Source: a virus
Virus record (IMG/VR): IMGVR_UViG_3300028599_000003
DNA length: 40,662 nucleotides
Reading direction: 5' to 3' (one strand)
Of the stretch, positions 11,555-20,935 are shown piece by piece; the first letter of the stretch is position 1, and each line of letters begins with the position of its first letter. The position numbers and the translations under genes are program-made. The notes below the pieces were generated by a model. That model saw nothing but the letters and a program-made list of their open reading frames with translations, searched no databases and was not told where the DNA came from.

Positions 11555-12757
11555 TTACCAGTAAGCATTCTCTTCAACAGGAACATCATTACCTTTTGCA
11601 GTTGCCCACGCAGATAAAGCATCCATTAGTTTTTCAACTTCTGCTTGTGCAGCAGCATCAGAACATTTTACATAGATCTTATATACATACTGATCATTAT
11701 CAAACACTCCAGAAGGATTGTTGAATCTTGGTACAGAATGTTGGATGTAATATGCTTTGTATGTTGCAGTACGGTCTACAGCAGATAAGAGCTCATCAGA
11801 CATTTCAATCTCTCTCAATCTAGCACTATCAGCATTTCCTTGGTTATAAGGAGACTGACGGTATCTTTCTGACATGATTAAATCTCTAACTACTTCTTCA
11901 CCTTGAGTTTGTTGCATTGAACCTGGAGTTCTTGAAGCAACACCACAGTCATTACATACTTCACCTGTTTCATCCAATTCAGAAACAATGATTTCAACTG
12001 GTTCAGCATTAAAATGATCTCTTGTGTCAAAAGAACAGTTACCAAATACAGTATCAACATAGGCTCCAACAAAGTTGGCAGCAGCACTTACTTGGTCAGC
12101 AACTGGATCAGTTGAAGGTGTGTAAGTTCCGTCTAAAGCCTCAGCAATAGTGTAAGTTGTAGCAACACCTGCTACAGTAGCAACAATACCACCTCCTGAT
12201 GCTTCAGCAACAAAAGGCTTGATTAATGGATCAGCTAAAGCCATTTGAGCCATAGTAGCTAGTACTAATACTGGATCAATATACTCTTGTCCATCAATGC
12301 AGCAAATGTTTGCTGAATCAGCAATTGCATAAGCATTGTGATTTAAGAATCTTAGTGCAGGTGAACCCTTTACATCAATTCTCATAAATTGAGTTTTACC
12401 ACATGGTGCACAATCAGCTGCTAATGAAAGACTAGCTGTTGCTTGAGATGCAGTAAGGCAATTTGCTTGCCATAATCTTGTAATATATCTTGGGTTGATC
12501 CCTTTAGATTTTACAGATTCTTTGTACCCACCGTGTCCAGGATTGTTTCCAATAGTATCTTTAGAATAGAATGAACCTTGTACAACGTAGCCAAGTGCTC
12601 CTGCAACAGGTGCTCCTGGTAATGCTACTGATGCCCAAGTGGAATCATCTACTAAAGCTACTTGACCAGCGGTAAGAGCGCTTGTTGCAGTACCTGCTGT
12701 TGCCAGCGTGCTGTCTGCAATAAACGTCTTGTTAAACGCATGATTAAAATAAGCCAT
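11555..12757 (-). CDS. Putative abundant structural protein (auxiliary capsid protein-like; crAss 'gene 73' position)
   Basis: 400 aa, Ala-rich, own upstream intergenic region and terminator; position downstream of MCP in the crAss-like gene order. Confidence 0.55.
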   Translation of the reverse strand: MAYFNHAFNKTFIADSTLATAGTATSALTAGQVALVDDSTWASVALPGAPVAGALGYVVQGSFYSKDTIGNNPGHGGYKESVKSKGINPRYITRLWQANCLTASQATASLSLAADCAPCGKTQFMRIDVKGSPALRFLNHNAYAIADSANICCIDGQEYIDPVLVLATMAQMALADPLIKPFVAEASGGGIVATVAGVATTYTIAEALDGTYTPSTDPVADQVSAAANFVGAYVDTVFGNCSFDTRDHFNAEPVEIIVSELDETGEVCNDCGVASRTPGSMQQTQGEEVVRDLIMSERYRQSPYNQGNADSARLREIEMSDELLSAVDRTATYKAYYIQHSVPRFNNPSGVFDNDQYVYKIYVKCSDAAAQAEVEKLMDALSAWATAKGNDVPVEENAYW

Positions 12758-12882
12758 AATTATTAATTTTGTGTAAGGACCATTACCCTCACTGGTTATA
12801 AATAAAGATTTTAACAGTTTACTCTGCTCGTAACTTATGTGTTACTATAATAATATAATCAATTTTTATTAAAAATCATATA

Positions 12883-13587
12883 TTAATTATTTCTTTCTGC
12901 TGCTTGAACACCTCTTTGTGCTTGATACATATTTTCTATATCACCAGCAATTAATGCTGCAGTGTCATCTAACATAACTTCTACTAAGTCATCTTTAAAT
13001 TGACAATTTACATTTGTGGTACTTGTTAATCCTGTATAAGGATCAACACAACCTTCTACTTGTATTAGTACAGGTTTTTCATAATAAGTCAATATAGGAT
13101 TAACAATATTAAAATTGCTAGTCCTATATATTCTTATTGTATTTCCTAACATAGTACAAAATGTTTCACCCCAATCAAAATCTGGATTTTTTAATGGATC
13201 CCTTAATAACAATGATACATTTGCTTCTTCAGCTAAATATACAGTCATTGACCTTGGTGTACAACAATCATCTTTTGCTTGTGTAGTAACACGTTTAAAT
13301 TCAAGATATGTATCTACTGGAAAATTATTTGACTGAAAGTAATCATCTGTCTCAGCACCAGTAAGGCTTAACTCTCTAAGTAATGGTTGTAAATCATCTA
13401 TTCTTTTTTTAGATAATTCATCACCTTCCTTATACATGTTTCCACCATGTAGATTTCTTCTACACCACTCTATTTGTGCTTTATTAAAAGCCTCAACAAA
13501 TTGCCAACACTCTATATTATCATAGTCATTGCTGTCTAGCTTATTAAGCCTTTGTTTTAATTTAATTAAGAGTGTACTATTTTCCAT
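12883..13587 (-). CDS. Putative tail ring/connector protein (crAss 'gene 74' position)
   Basis: 234 aa; LNKLDSN...FNKAQ...KRIDDLQPL N-terminus recalled as typical of crAss-like ring proteins; gene order. Confidence 0.6.
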   Translation of the reverse strand: MENSTLLIKLKQRLNKLDSNDYDNIECWQFVEAFNKAQIEWCRRNLHGGNMYKEGDELSKKRIDDLQPLLRELSLTGAETDDYFQSNNFPVDTYLEFKRVTTQAKDDCCTPRSMTVYLAEEANVSLLLRDPLKNPDFDWGETFCTMLGNTIRIYRTSNFNIVNPILTYYEKPVLIQVEGCVDPYTGLTSTTNVNCQFKDDLVEVMLDDTAALIAGDIENMYQAQRGVQAAERNN

Positions 13588-13598
13588 TAGTTATATGT

Positions 13599-14618
13599 TT
13601 ATGAATTCCAATATGGTTCTATCTTATCCATTAAAGAAAGAAGTTCATCTTCATTATCCGGCTTCTGTAAAAACTCAAGAACTTCAGATGGTCTTTTACC
13701 CATTCTGATACCACTATCAATTGGTTCAATCCATCCTCCAGCTTTTGTTGTAATAAACCTATAATATAAACCATCTTTAATTAATGCTCTAATTTTTAAT
13801 TCTTCCATATCAAGTTGAGAAACATCTAAAAACTGCTGTGCAGCTCTTTTTTTGTTTGACTCTCCACCATGACCATTAACGTATGCATCCATGTTTTCAT
13901 ACATAACATCATTGGGTGTATTCTTTGTATACTGTACACTGTCTACATCTGCTACTTTAGCTACATACATTAATTTTGTAGGATTAGTATCATACAAACT
14001 TTGTAAAGCAGATAAAGCTTTATTCTTTAATTTAGTTAATTCAGTTCTTGTTGTAAGAGTTTCTTCAACAGTATCTAAATAAAACTTAGGATTATTTTGT
14101 GATTTCTTAGCTTCTTTCAATGATCCTGCAACAATAGAAAATCCACCTGCTCTAATTGCATGAAGTTTAATTCTATCATATGGATCTACTTCACCATCTA
14201 AAAACACTGGATCATTACCACATCTTAAACTAATTTTATCCCAAAATTTAGAGTTATCTGGCTTCATGACAGTTAACTTATTCCAAAAATCTTTATCATC
14301 TGGATCAACTACATTTGCAGCTAACTCAGCTTCAAGCTCAGAAACTACTTTTCTAATTTCTGCAATTTTAGCCTTTTTTTCTTTGGGAGGTAACATTTTT
14401 ACTTTTGGATCAAATTCATTCAATCCAGTAATGTACCTCTTCACTCCGTTCATTTCTAAACATGCAAGTGACTCCTCATGAAATACCCCATCATGTAGGG
14501 ATAGACCATAAGTTTCTAAACCCATATTTTCCTTATTAGGATTAAAGTATGGTCTTATAGCAATAGTGCTGGTCTTTTTTGTATGTTGATACTTTTCAAC
14601 AATTGTGTAATCTTCCAT
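13599..14618 (-). CDS. Conserved crAss-like virion-module protein ('gene 75' position)
   Basis: 339 aa downstream of MCP; FW-containing segment followed by helical C-terminus. Confidence 0.55.
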   Translation of the reverse strand: MEDYTIVEKYQHTKKTSTIAIRPYFNPNKENMGLETYGLSLHDGVFHEESLACLEMNGVKRYITGLNEFDPKVKMLPPKEKKAKIAEIRKVVSELEAELAANVVDPDDKDFWNKLTVMKPDNSKFWDKISLRCGNDPVFLDGEVDPYDRIKLHAIRAGGFSIVAGSLKEAKKSQNNPKFYLDTVEETLTTRTELTKLKNKALSALQSLYDTNPTKLMYVAKVADVDSVQYTKNTPNDVMYENMDAYVNGHGGESNKKRAAQQFLDVSQLDMEELKIRALIKDGLYYRFITTKAGGWIEPIDSGIRMGKRPSEVLEFLQKPDNEDELLSLMDKIEPYWNS

Positions 14619-14734
14619 TTTTTGGTTTTTAAAAATTAATAATTATTACTCTGGTCAAATTGTATACCGTAGTATACGCTTCTATTATTACTAATATTTC
14701 TAAAGCAAGGTTTAACCCTTGCTAAAGTATTTGA

Positions 14735-14989
14735 CTATACTTCTTCAACTACTGGTATAACAACTTTAAGTAAGCCTGCTGTATGATATATATCTCCTGT
14801 CTTTAGTCCTGCTGCAATTGCTGCTGCATTATCTAAATACGAAGAAGAAACAGCCACATCACGTATCCAAGATATTACTTCATTTACATGTAGTAATCTT
14901 GCGTTTCCTGTTTCTGCTCTTGATACACCGTCATAAGCTGGGCTCTCAAATTGTTGCTTCAACTTAGTTATTTGTTTTGGTGCTGCCAT
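14735..14989 (-). CDS. Small putative head decoration/fibre protein
   Basis: 84 aa directly after MCP; YLDNAAAIAAGLKTGDIYHTAGLLKVV motif of a type seen at ends of phage fibre proteins. Confidence 0.55.
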   Translation of the reverse strand: MAAPKQITKLKQQFESPAYDGVSRAETGNARLLHVNEVISWIRDVAVSSSYLDNAAAIAAGLKTGDIYHTAGLLKVVIPVVEEV

Positions 14990-15015
14990 GATTGTTATAT
15001 TTATTAGTTAAAAAT

Positions 15016-15047
15016 AAAAAGGGAGGAGGTATTAGCCCCTCCCCTTT
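15016..15047 (-). terminator. Intrinsic terminator after MCP
   Basis: Minus strand AAAGGGGAGGGG-CTAATA-CCTCCTCCCTTTTT. Confidence 0.8.
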
Positions 15048-15058
15048 AATTATGGTTC

Positions 15059-16678
15059 CTAGAATGATCCTCCTGTTACAGGGTTTCTCATTACAATTTT
15101 AAGAACTTTGGTTGGATCCTTAACCCAAATAGCTGGCATAGTCTGAGTCATATAAACTCTATATCCATTAAACTGACCAGTAGATGCAAACCCTTGAGTT
15201 CTTCCCATGTAGTCCATAGTACCATTTTGGTAGAACCACTTAAGTTGATTATCCCAAGAAAGTTTCAACAAGTGAATGTTGTCATTTCCTTCATCAGTTA
15301 CATCAAAAATAATAAAGCTAAATGAACTTAGAGGTCTACCATCAATCAATGGATTCTCAATGTCATTTGTGTTTAAGTTATCAAATGCCGGATTCAATAC
15401 AAACTTAACGTTAGCTAAGAATGGAATAGTAAAGCTTGTGTAAGCAAAACCATAATCTAAATCCATACCAGAACCTTTAACAGCTCCTATATCAGATGCA
15501 TTTTGAACTAGACCTGAACCATACACTTCATCAGCAATTGCTTTGTTGATTAATTGCATACCTCCAATACCTGTTTGTACAACAAGTGATCTTTGTGGGT
15601 CTGGCCCTTTAAACTCAACTTTACCTTGGTAGAAGTTGTAAAGTTCAGATTTAAACATGTCAAGAGTAAATGATGACTTGTTATATACTCTCTTGAAAGA
15701 GTTATCTAACTGTGACCATAAACCTACAGATAATCTAATATCATCTGGTCCGTCTTGTTTAATTCTACCACCTTTACCCCACATTAGGTAAGTTTCAATA
15801 TCCGTTGCAATTTTAGATAAGTGAGCTGCTTCCATATTTGTAATGAAAGTTCTTGTAAGAGTTCCATTCTCAAATGCTTCTCTAGCTCCTGCTTTACCCA
15901 TATTTGCTACAAGCCCTTCAATACTAGGTACTGATGGATTGTTTGGATCTGTGTTGAAGTTTCTCCAGATTTCAGTAACAGGTACAGTACCATCAGCGTT
16001 TAATCCGCCTTTGATCATTAAATCTGCTCTTGAAGAAATTGAATAGTGTACGTGTGCTTCTGCTCCTCCTACAAAGTTGTAGAATTCACGGAAACCAGAA
16101 CCTGTTTCAATGTCAGAGAATCTTTCTCCGTACTCACCTCTTGCAGAACCTTTTCTGAAGAACTTTGTACCTTTAGCTAAATACTTGTTATCCAAGATAG
16201 CCGCATTGTTGTTGTTAACTAATTGAACAGTGTAAACAAAACCGTCACCTGCTGGGATAATATCATCAGCTGTGATGTAAAGTTCAAGTCCATTATACTT
16301 ATCATAAGTAATAATGTCACCATGTCCAAAAGTTCTTTTATTAATTTTAATCTTAAATGTTGTACCATCTACACCTTTGTTTGCGTTACCTGGTTCAATA
16401 TCCGCTACTACGTAGGGAAGATCTTGTGCAATAGGAGTTTGCCACTTGTACTCACCTCTAGCGTTATCCACCATGATTGTATTCTTTCCACCGAATGAAG
16501 CCATTTGATACAAAGGCATTTCTACCTTTTGGGTCATAGCCCATAGATCAATTGGTCCCATATCCATAGGCTCAGGGTTACCAAGCATTTGGGTAAGGTG
16601 ATAAGAATCAACATGAGAACTAGCTTTGTAGCTTGTATCACGTAGGAAAATCCCATTATTTAAAACTGGAGTTGCCAT
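15059..16678 (-). CDS. Major capsid protein (crAss-like)
   Basis: 539 aa; order terminase-portal-scaffold-MCP; EYKWQ and LMWGK...GLWSQL segments; strong terminator downstream. Confidence 0.85.
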   Translation of the reverse strand: MATPVLNNGIFLRDTSYKASSHVDSYHLTQMLGNPEPMDMGPIDLWAMTQKVEMPLYQMASFGGKNTIMVDNARGEYKWQTPIAQDLPYVVADIEPGNANKGVDGTTFKIKINKRTFGHGDIITYDKYNGLELYITADDIIPAGDGFVYTVQLVNNNNAAILDNKYLAKGTKFFRKGSARGEYGERFSDIETGSGFREFYNFVGGAEAHVHYSISSRADLMIKGGLNADGTVPVTEIWRNFNTDPNNPSVPSIEGLVANMGKAGAREAFENGTLTRTFITNMEAAHLSKIATDIETYLMWGKGGRIKQDGPDDIRLSVGLWSQLDNSFKRVYNKSSFTLDMFKSELYNFYQGKVEFKGPDPQRSLVVQTGIGGMQLINKAIADEVYGSGLVQNASDIGAVKGSGMDLDYGFAYTSFTIPFLANVKFVLNPAFDNLNTNDIENPLIDGRPLSSFSFIIFDVTDEGNDNIHLLKLSWDNQLKWFYQNGTMDYMGRTQGFASTGQFNGYRVYMTQTMPAIWVKDPTKVLKIVMRNPVTGGSF

Positions 16679-16739
16679 AATTTTTGATTGTTTTTGTTGT
16701 TAATAATTAATTTACTGTTTATATTTAATTTACTTCTAA

Positions 16740-18044
16740 TTAAATTCTTTTAAATATGTTGGTTGGTCTTTGAATCTTTCTTTTTGAACTAGTTTTAGTA
16801 GCTTCTTTTTCAGCTTGATTGACACCTAACGATGCTCCTCCTACATTTGACTGTTCACTTTTTAATTTTCTAACCGTTTTCTCAACACTTTTTTGTGCAC
16901 CTTTATCCATTATCTTAGCTTTATAACCTGATGGATCTTGTAATAACCACAGAGCTTCTGATATTAATGAATAGTTTGGTTCCACAAATTGATATTTTTC
17001 TAGTAAGTGACCTAATAGATTAGTATTACGTCCACTAACTGATGGATAATTAGGTTGAACTAAACCATTATATAACATGGCTTGAGTTTTTCTATCTACT
17101 TTGATATCCCCTAATTGTCCTTCTTTTAATGTCTCATATACATTTTTCATGTATGCTTGAGATGCATTTTCTTGTTGTTTCTTTTTAAGCTCTTGCTCTT
17201 CAAGTTTTTGTGCAACAACTTTTTCTTGCATCTTATCTAGCTTTGGTTTGAACTTATTTGCTTGTGTTTCAAGCTTACCTAAGTCTTTCCAAATTTCTAT
17301 TTCTTCTTGAATATCTTCAGCAGTACCATATCCTGTAGCACTTAAATATTCTTTGATCACTCTTTCTTGTCCATTTACAGACTTAGTATCAATAGTTTTT
17401 GTTTCTTCTACTTGACCAAGTGTAGTAAACAAACCTTTTAAATCTTTACCTCCATCAGCTACATACTTAGCAGCTATTTGCAATTCTTGTGGTAAACTTT
17501 GAAAAAATTGTTTTGGAGTCTCTCTTCTAACTTGATTAGCTTTTTCTTCTAAGTTTGCTTGAATAAGTTCTTCCCAATCCTTAGCAGAATAATCTTCTAA
17601 ATCTTTATCATCATCAAAAGGAACTATTTTATCATCTTTAATAAGTTTAGAAAATACATCAGATATTCCTGATATAGATTTTCTACCTCTTGTTTCCTTT
17701 TCTTCTTTAACTTCTTCAGTTTCTTCTTGTCCAAGTTCTCCAAAAATGTCTTCAACACTTTCTGTTGAGGTTTCCTTTTTGTCTTCTACTACAATTTCTT
17801 CTTCTTCTTTTTCTTCTTTTTCTTCTGATTTAGCTAGTACATCTGTTGCACCATCTTTATCAGGATCAGCAAATGACATGTCAGCTTTTTCAGTTAATCC
17901 AGAGAAAATATTTTTTGCTTTAGATTTATTATCTTGTAGCATATCAGCACCGCTTGGAGCAGCATTGAATATCTCATCTAAATTAACTTCTACATTTTGT
18001 GCTACATTGCTTTTCACAGGCTGTGTTTCTGTTGTTGTACTCAT
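16740..18044 (-). CDS. Putative capsid scaffolding protein (crAss 'gene 77' position)
   Basis: 434 aa, acidic low-complexity N-half plus coiled-coil, between portal and MCP. Confidence 0.65.
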   Translation of the reverse strand: MSTTTETQPVKSNVAQNVEVNLDEIFNAAPSGADMLQDNKSKAKNIFSGLTEKADMSFADPDKDGATDVLAKSEEKEEKEEEEIVVEDKKETSTESVEDIFGELGQEETEEVKEEKETRGRKSISGISDVFSKLIKDDKIVPFDDDKDLEDYSAKDWEELIQANLEEKANQVRRETPKQFFQSLPQELQIAAKYVADGGKDLKGLFTTLGQVEETKTIDTKSVNGQERVIKEYLSATGYGTAEDIQEEIEIWKDLGKLETQANKFKPKLDKMQEKVVAQKLEEQELKKKQQENASQAYMKNVYETLKEGQLGDIKVDRKTQAMLYNGLVQPNYPSVSGRNTNLLGHLLEKYQFVEPNYSLISEALWLLQDPSGYKAKIMDKGAQKSVEKTVRKLKSEQSNVGGASLGVNQAEKEATKTSSKRKIQRPTNIFKRI

Positions 18045-18173
18045 AATATTCGTTGGTTTTAATATTAATAACTTCTTACATATATAATATAAGAAATGTT
18101 TCTTATATAATTGTCAAGTTAAACTTAAAAAATTTTATTAAAAGTGAAAGTTTATTGCAGTATATAGCTAACG

Positions 18174-20924
18174 CTACTTTTTGTCCTTACTATTTTTGAC
18201 ATCATACTTGTTTTTATTCTCTCTTGCTATTTGAAGTTTGGTATCAGCAATTTGTTTTGATGCTGCTATTTTTTCTCTTTCAACAGTAAGCCTACTATTT
18301 TCTTGAGCTGATTTAACTGCACTTTCCTGACGTTTAAAATTCATCTGCTCTCTATATTGAGTAGATTCTTTTATATCCTTCATAGCATCTTGATAATCAG
18401 ATTGTTGATTTTCATTTATATCAACCATAGACCCATATCCTGCAGATCTAATTTCTGCTAATAAAACATCATTCTTTCTATCTTTGTCATTTTCTGTCAT
18501 TTCAACTTGAAGTTTTTGCTGCTCTTCTTGAGCTTTAGCTTGAAGTTGTTGCTCTTGCATTTGACGTTGCTGCTGCATGTCTTGCTCTCTTTGTTTTTGA
18601 AGTCTAGTTTCAGAGTCTTTGAGTATGTCAGATACTTCTGCAATTGAGTCTGCTTTAACAATATTACCTAACTCATATATACTTGCTCCTGAAGTATTAT
18701 TAGTTAATGCCATTTGTTTTAAGTTTTCTAAAATAGCTCTATGGTTAGTTTTAGTTGTAGCAAATACATTAAAATCTCTAAGTAATAAATCAGTACCATT
18801 TATAGTAAAGTTGACTTTCTCAGCTTCTGTAGATATATATTGTAGCCTAACACTTGGGTTAGTACTATAATAATATTGTGCTAAGTCAGTTCTCATTTGA
18901 TGTATACGTGGCATTAAATGATCAGAGTGCTGTACAAAGTACATTTCTGTTTGTGCATATGATTGTTGCATAGCTTGTACCACACCTGTAGCCGTTTGAG
19001 CTGATACAGCTCCACCTAGACGTTGTGGATTAATTCCTATTGCATCAAAACATTGTTGCTTAAAATAATTTGCAAGTTGAATTCTAGACATCAATCTACT
19101 TGTCTGCTCCATGTTTAGAGTTTGATAGTGATTGAAGTTAGTTGCATTCTCAGTATTTGTAATAGATGTATCAAGAGGTAGCATTTGAAAATCTTTCATT
19201 GCTACATATGCTTTTGCATAATTGTTCTTACCCCAATCCTCACCCATTGAGTGACGTGGTAAAGCATTTTGATCAAACATTATTACTGTTCCTAATTCAT
19301 CTATTAGAATGTCAGCAATCTGGTTATTAACCATATTATATCCAACTTGATATGCTTTCATCAAATCTACTAAAGACGTAGATCTTGTATTTCTATCAGA
19401 AAATACTCTTCCTTCTACAGGTAGTTTACAACCATATAAAGAGTTATCTCCTTTAAACTGAAAAGGTAATCTACCAGGTTTAGTTCTATTAATACCTATG
19501 TATATAGGATTAATATTATCACCCATAGTTGATTGCCACATTGCTGGTAAGTTAGGACCAATCTTTACACCACCCCAAACTTCATTAATCCATATCCAGT
19601 CTATATGTTCACCTTGTAATAAGTTTTCTTTTGTTTTTTGTTTAAATATAGAAGTATCATATATGGGCTTTTTTGTTACCTTAAAAGTCTCATCTATAAT
19701 CTCTTGTGTAACTTCTCCATCATCTTCAATTTTTGTAAGATGACCAACTTTCCTTTGAGTTTTCCAATATATAGTTGCAACTCTCATTAAGTTATCTTCA
19801 CCCCACATTGAAACATCTTCATTTTCATTTAATATCTCACTAAGTATATCTCCTCCTGCTTCTGGGTTATTCCAATAATTAGATGTAAACTGTCTATACG
19901 CTAAACCTGGTGCATTAGTATTCCACTCATGTGATCTTGTTGCATCATAGTATGCCCCATCATTTTGGTAACCACTAACTTGATATTGTGCTGATCTTGC
20001 TGGATAAATCTCTTGTAAGGATTCAAGTTGTTTACTATCCATTAAATATCCGTATCTGTCTACTACATCTGAGACAGTCATTAGATCTACTTTACCTGCA
20101 TAGTTTGAATCTGCTATATATCTTTGGTCTGGAGATTTTTGATAGAAAGTTAATACTGGATTCCATAGCTCTACATCATAGTCATCTTCAAGCATTCTAA
20201 AATGCCAAAATTCTCTATCTGCAATAAGCATATCTTGAAACCCTCTTTCCTCAAGTTCTTGCATTTTAAATCTTTCTTCATCTACTGCAAGTTGGTGGGA
20301 TGCCCACTCTTCTACCATGCTTCTATAAGACTTACTAAAGAAGTCTTCTATTTCTGGTAATGATTTTAATGCCTCTGGAGATAATTGCTCTTGTGATTCT
20401 TTTGAACCAGGATCAGCGCCCATCTCAATCATTCTGCGTACTAGGTTTGCTTCAGCATCAGCCAATAAAGATTCTTCTATTTGAACTTTCTTTTGTTCAA
20501 GCATTTCGTTGTATGATGCATCATCAACAGCTCTAAATTGAACCTTAGAATATCTTTTAGCAAATTCTCCTGTAAGTACGTTTATAACATTTGGTACAAT
20601 TGGGTAAAACTTTAACTCTAATGCAGACTCATTTTCTGTTGTAAGAGTATCCATAAGATCTTTATATTCATTGTCTGGTTCAACAATGTAATCAGTCTTA
20701 TCAATAATACCTTTAGCAAGTTTATAATTTTTGAGCAGTCTTCTAGAGTTAACACGCAAAAACTCAATACCCTGAAGCTCTAACCAGTCTAAGTTCCATG
20801 CAGCCCAATCATCTGTTTTTTCTTTATATGGTAAGAACTGAACCGGTTGGGTTAAGCTAGAGAATGTAGGCCCGCCTTCAGCTTTTGCCCCATTCTTCAT
20901 TTGCATTGCGTTTAATACTCTCAT
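18174..20924 (-). CDS. Portal protein
   Basis: 916 aa directly after terminase; FYPIVPNVINVLTGE and GINPQRLG motifs, Gln-rich coiled-coil C-terminus as in crAss-like portals. Confidence 0.85.
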   Translation of the reverse strand: MRVLNAMQMKNGAKAEGGPTFSSLTQPVQFLPYKEKTDDWAAWNLDWLELQGIEFLRVNSRRLLKNYKLAKGIIDKTDYIVEPDNEYKDLMDTLTTENESALELKFYPIVPNVINVLTGEFAKRYSKVQFRAVDDASYNEMLEQKKVQIEESLLADAEANLVRRMIEMGADPGSKESQEQLSPEALKSLPEIEDFFSKSYRSMVEEWASHQLAVDEERFKMQELEERGFQDMLIADREFWHFRMLEDDYDVELWNPVLTFYQKSPDQRYIADSNYAGKVDLMTVSDVVDRYGYLMDSKQLESLQEIYPARSAQYQVSGYQNDGAYYDATRSHEWNTNAPGLAYRQFTSNYWNNPEAGGDILSEILNENEDVSMWGEDNLMRVATIYWKTQRKVGHLTKIEDDGEVTQEIIDETFKVTKKPIYDTSIFKQKTKENLLQGEHIDWIWINEVWGGVKIGPNLPAMWQSTMGDNINPIYIGINRTKPGRLPFQFKGDNSLYGCKLPVEGRVFSDRNTRSTSLVDLMKAYQVGYNMVNNQIADILIDELGTVIMFDQNALPRHSMGEDWGKNNYAKAYVAMKDFQMLPLDTSITNTENATNFNHYQTLNMEQTSRLMSRIQLANYFKQQCFDAIGINPQRLGGAVSAQTATGVVQAMQQSYAQTEMYFVQHSDHLMPRIHQMRTDLAQYYYSTNPSVRLQYISTEAEKVNFTINGTDLLLRDFNVFATTKTNHRAILENLKQMALTNNTSGASIYELGNIVKADSIAEVSDILKDSETRLQKQREQDMQQQRQMQEQQLQAKAQEEQQKLQVEMTENDKDRKNDVLLAEIRSAGYGSMVDINENQQSDYQDAMKDIKESTQYREQMNFKRQESAVKSAQENSRLTVEREKIAASKQIADTKLQIARENKNKYDVKNSKDKK

Positions 20925-20935
20925 ACCTGTTTAGT

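Noticed and set aside
15059-20924. Stop-codon reassignment (TAG/TGA recoding known in some crAss-like phages)
   Set aside because: Large genes are intact in the standard code, MCP and portal end at TAG in sensible places, and no suppressor tRNA is present.
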